Below, one piece after another: positions 60,473 to 64,000 of a DNA stretch of 64,000 nt. Position 1 is the first letter of the stretch. Every line of letters starts with the position of its first letter. The position numbers were made by a program, and so were the translations under genes. The stretch is taken from NCBI GenBank assembly GCA_004431415.1, contig QPMI01000502.1, forward strand, positions 62,001-126,000. Direction: 5' to 3'. The stretch comes from Cyanophora paradoxa CCMP329. Lineage: Eukaryota > Plantae > Glaucophyta. The notes beneath the pieces are model-generated. The model saw nothing but the letters and a program-made list of their open reading frames with translations, had not been told where the DNA came from and ran no database searches.

Positions 60473-62792
60473 TCAAGCGCAAAGCGTCTTGGCAATCTCA
60501 ACCAAGACATCCTCGGATCCGGAGCCGCCCCGAGAGACTAGAGCACGAAAGGCGGGGGAGGTCGCTACTGTCATCTTGTTTGCTCTCACGTACTCCAGCG
60601 CCATGTTTCGGAGCTGATTGCGAAACCATTTCAACGAGGGTAATCAAAAGTGAGTCTTGCTATAACAGGCCAAAATGGAATTCAAACCATTTTGCACTCG
60701 AGTTGATCAGCCACGCAGAGCACTTCGAGAGCCGCAGCCGGATCGTCGACCTTGTTCTCAAGGAGGCGGTCCTGAACTCTGGAGAGGAGGCGAGGCAGCT
60801 GGTAGTAGTGGGCCGCTCGGAGGAGGTCGAGGAGCTGGGCGCGAGCCTGCCTGAGGCCCGGTTGCTGGGCATGCGTCGCGATCGTGACCATTCTGTTAGT
60901 GCTGAGCGCTTTCGCGCCCCCTCCGGCCGCAGCGCTTGCAGCCCCTGTAGCTGTGCTGGCCATGGACATGGGTGGTTCATCAATTGCAATCTGAGCAAGT
61001 CTGATGGTCAGCTCGCACGTCAACGTCTCGGGATCCTGGAACCGGAAAGCCCCGCCAGCGCACCCGCAGCTCGCCCGTGTATAAAAACCGCAGCATCGCC
61101 AACACGGTGTCCCTCCCATACTCGCTCATGTCGATTTCCCCCGTCTCCGCTTCCTTCAGCTGCATCCCCTCCCGCGGCGCGAGCATTCTATTGAAAACTT
61201 CGCTCCGCATCTGCCGATTCCAGAGGATCGGACGACAGTGTCACGGCGGGCGAATGCGGCCAGTTGCGAAACAGAAGAACTTAGATTAAATTAGATTACT
61301 GGAGCGTCGCGACGTCAACGTCACCTTCAGCATGAAGCTGTGGGCGTGGATCCGTGTGAGGGCATTGGTAGCTTGCTCCCTCATGACGACACCGTGATCA
61401 TGACCATTCTTGGCTTCCGCCTCCCGCGCGCGTTTCGCCGGCGGCTCTAAATCTGTAAAAGAAACAATATACACACATCAGAATAATATATAACGCACAA
61501 CTCCAAGCTTAAGACAAAATAATGTCTTCTCATCTATTAATGATTTGGAATATATATGTTCGTTTGTCGGCCAATTGCAAGATTTAAGGATGATGTAGAC
61601 GTTAACGTTGCAATTGCAAGGATGGAACATGTACATGTACACTAGTTCGTTGTTACAAGAAACATGCAGGCCTAGGGTGTTAACGTTTGTTTGATTGTTT
61701 TCTTTGGTAGGTGGTTGTTTGTCGGCCGAGCAAGTTCGAGATCTATAGCTAGATCCTCGGACAAGAGTATCGATATCAAACATGTTCGTTTGTTTTGGTT
61801 GTCAAACAAACAAACATGTTTGTTCTGCCAAGTTAAACGTTGTTTTGTTTTGTCGGACAAGAAAGTCAAACATGCTTGTTTGTTTAAATTGTCGGCCGAT
61901 CGCGAGCAAAAGTCTACGCATCGGAGTTTATTTTACAGTTAGAGACTTAATCTTTGCACTGTAACTTAGTAAGTTATGCGCATGCAGTCTTCGAATTCTA
62001 TTGGAGTTTTACTTTCTTAGTTGAGAGCTTCTTCTTTGCATCGTAAGTTAGTTTCGAATTCTTGCAATTGAGCGAGAACTTATTCTTTGCATTGTAACTT
62101 TGATTTGAAGTTTGAAGTTATTGCATTGTAGTAAAGATCTATTGAAGTGGAAGTTATTGCATTGTAATAAAGATCTATTGAAGTGGAATTTGTGTGGAAT
62201 CTGTCTACTGCAATTCCAGATCATCGGATCTCCGAGGCTCCTCCAACGTTAAGATATATATATCTAATGGAGAGGCCTAGCTATAGGTCGTGCGCATGCT
62301 GCGCCACGGCGACGGCGGCGCACGCGTGGGCGAATATGCATGCGCATGCGCACCCTGTTGCGCGCTGCAGGTGCACGTGATCACGCTGTCAGGCGCGATG
62401 TGGCATGACGCAACGTCGCCACGAAGGCAGCAGCGCTCGAAAAGCTCGCCGAAATCCAAGAGCAGGTCGGCCTTGAGGTTGCCTAGCTCGACCGCTATCT
62501 TCTTCCGCTCATTCTCCACCTTCGTCCGTTGGCTCTCCGATTTCTTCAGCTCGTCTTCGGTGCTCCGCAGTTTGCTTCCGGCGGAACTGCTTCTCTGCTG
62601 ATGCTCTTGCAGCTGCGCTGCGAACTGCATTCTGAGCCTTCCGGCTTCTTTACGCAGCTCCTCGCACTTGCTGGATCTAGCGAACTCGTCCTCGTGCTCG
62701 TCGAAAAGATGCTGCACTAGAGCAGACCCGTGTGCGAAGGCGTGGAGGCGCCGACACTCATCGAGTGGGCATCGGTAGAGTAGCTTGGGCAT
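60473..62792 (-). CDS. C2H2-like zinc finger + coiled coil + BTB/POZ (BACK-like tail) protein; possibly degenerate
   Basis: Exon 1 CPLDEC...QHLFDEH, coiled coil, DFGELF; later exons IHAHSFMLK|MRSEVFNRML...EAETGEIDMSEYGRDTVLAMLRFLYTGEL...LLDLLRAAHYYQLPRL...LRNMALEYVRAN. Small frameshifts near the 3' end; linkage across a ~0.9-kb intron is inferred. Confidence 0.65.
61550..62190. repeat. AT-rich repeat block inside the long BTB-gene intron (probable transposon relic)
   Basis: Recurrent TTGTCGGCC, TCGGACAAG and CAAACATG motifs; TCTTTGCA..GTAA.TT x3; tandem ~36-bp unit GAAGTTATTGCATTGTA.TAAAGATCTATTGAAGTG x2 (62114-62185). Confidence 0.6.
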
Positions 62793-63233
62793 GCCGTCGC
62801 GTGTCGCGCGCTACTGCTGACGGTACCAGTCTGCTGCAGACTCACTGCGGAGGCCTGCTAGGCTAGCCATGCAGGCCAGCGAGTCAGTGGCAGCGAGTGC
62901 CAGCGACGCGGCCGGGATTCGGTTCGTTTTTCTACAGGCTACAGCTGATCATGAGCATGTGCACGTGCGCATATACGTACCCGGGCTATTTTTTCCGTAG
63001 GCCTAAGTTCCTAGGAGCCTCTAACTGGCGAGTGGCCGGCGGCACTGGCCGCGTACGCCTCTAATAATATTATTGCAGAGCCCAAGTGGTGTTTCTGAAC
63101 GAGAGTAGCCTTGTGCATGTGATCCCTGCTCCATCTCCCCGGGCCGCCCCACGTTGCCTCAGGTAAAGGCATCGATATTGACGCCGACACTCCTCCTGGG
63201 ACGCTATCTTCGAATTCGAAGGGCGAAGGGGCC

Positions 63234-64000
63234 TCACTTCTTGCCGGAGCTGTAGTAGGGGTTGGTCGCCGGTTCTGCGGGATCGGCGGGCGTGAGACGA
63301 GCGCGGCGCGACACGTTGTGGGGAGGCGGGCGGGGCCGCACGCGTGGCCGGCTGCGAGTCTGCGGGCCCCGGCGTCACGAACGGGGAGGCGGGGCGAGGG
63401 GTTGCGGGGCGGCGGCTCACAGGCGACGGCAGTGAATGTCGGCTCCGCCGTTGCAGAGGTGTACCCCGGCGGCGAGTACGCGATGGCGCCCGGGGGCGCG
63501 TACGCTGCTGCTCCGGCCTGGGGGTACGCTGCCGCGCCGCCCTGGGCGTACGCGGCGGTCGCCGGGGGTTGCAGCGGGGCGCCACCGGCCTGGGGGTACG
63601 GGGTGGCGACGGCGGGGGCGTAGCCGCCGGCGGCGGTCGGGGGGTAGCCGTAGCCGGCCGGGGGCGCGTAGGAGACGGCGGAGGTTGCGGGGGCGTAGCC
63701 CTGCGGGGGAGGGGCGGGGTAGCCGATGGCGGTGCCCGGGGCGGGGCCCGGGCCCGGGGGCGGGGCGGCGGGGAAGGGGAGGGAGCCCGGGGCGCCCATC
63801 TGGGCGTAGGCGCCGGGCTTCTGAAGCTTCTTCTGGCGCAGGACGTAGGCCAGGATGCCGCACGGGCACGCCAGCAGCACGCAGCCCACGACGAGCAGGC
63901 CCGCCCCGATCCCTGCCCCCGCCTCAGAGCCCGCGCGCGGGCTGGGCGTCGCGCGGTCGAGCGCACCGAGCTTCTGGGCCGTCGTGAGGCCGAACCACAG
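63234..64000 (-). CDS. 3' part of a single-pass membrane protein with Cys at the TM border and Pro/Tyr/Ala-rich tail (5' end off window)
   Basis: GIGAGLLVVGCVLLACPCGILAYVL then RQKK stop-transfer and repeated YP/YAPP units; probable last exon ...TNPYYSSGKK stop at 63234. Confidence 0.65.

Noticed and set aside
59860-61690. AAACGTTAACAC (59864) and GTGTTAACGTTT (61677) as TIRs of one element
   Set aside because: The match is mostly an AAC-GTT-AAC palindromic scar, no TSD was found, and the pair would enclose BTB exons.

Overview
GC-rich, intron-dense nuclear DNA from a flagellated unicellular eukaryote (species not determinable here). Introns are mostly 45-80 nt with G[T/C]NC[G/C]C donors, many GC-AG, a CTRAC/CTCAC-like branch point and a CAG acceptor, so the raw ORF track is largely misleading and gene models were spliced by hand. 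Genes: a small coiled-coil/TM gene, an in-frame RSPH1 (MORN)-cytochrome P450 fusion, a Flower/TVP18-like gene, WDR89-like, RAD51D, INTS11, copine, RlmL/THUMP methyltransferase, a RING protein, LTV1, an SLC35F-type transporter, several hypotheticals, a low-GC membrane (pseudo)gene, a C2H2/coiled-coil/BTB gene and a partial Pro-rich membrane gene. The GC-rich genes form seven divergent pairs. 11112-32753 is repeated at 32756-54615; the copies differ almost only in homopolymer lengths, so this is probably a long-read misassembly. The right end holds a Helitron2/Helentron-type element (54933-56891) with a nested CACTA MITE (55758-56309, TGC target duplication). Best candidates for something new: (1) the radial-spoke-head/CYP152-like P450 fusion; (2) a pervasive 6-bp insertion signature turning a trimer X into X-rc(X)-X, shown directly by comparing repeat copies, which fits hairpin-type excision footprints of a 3-bp-TSD (CACTA) transposon.
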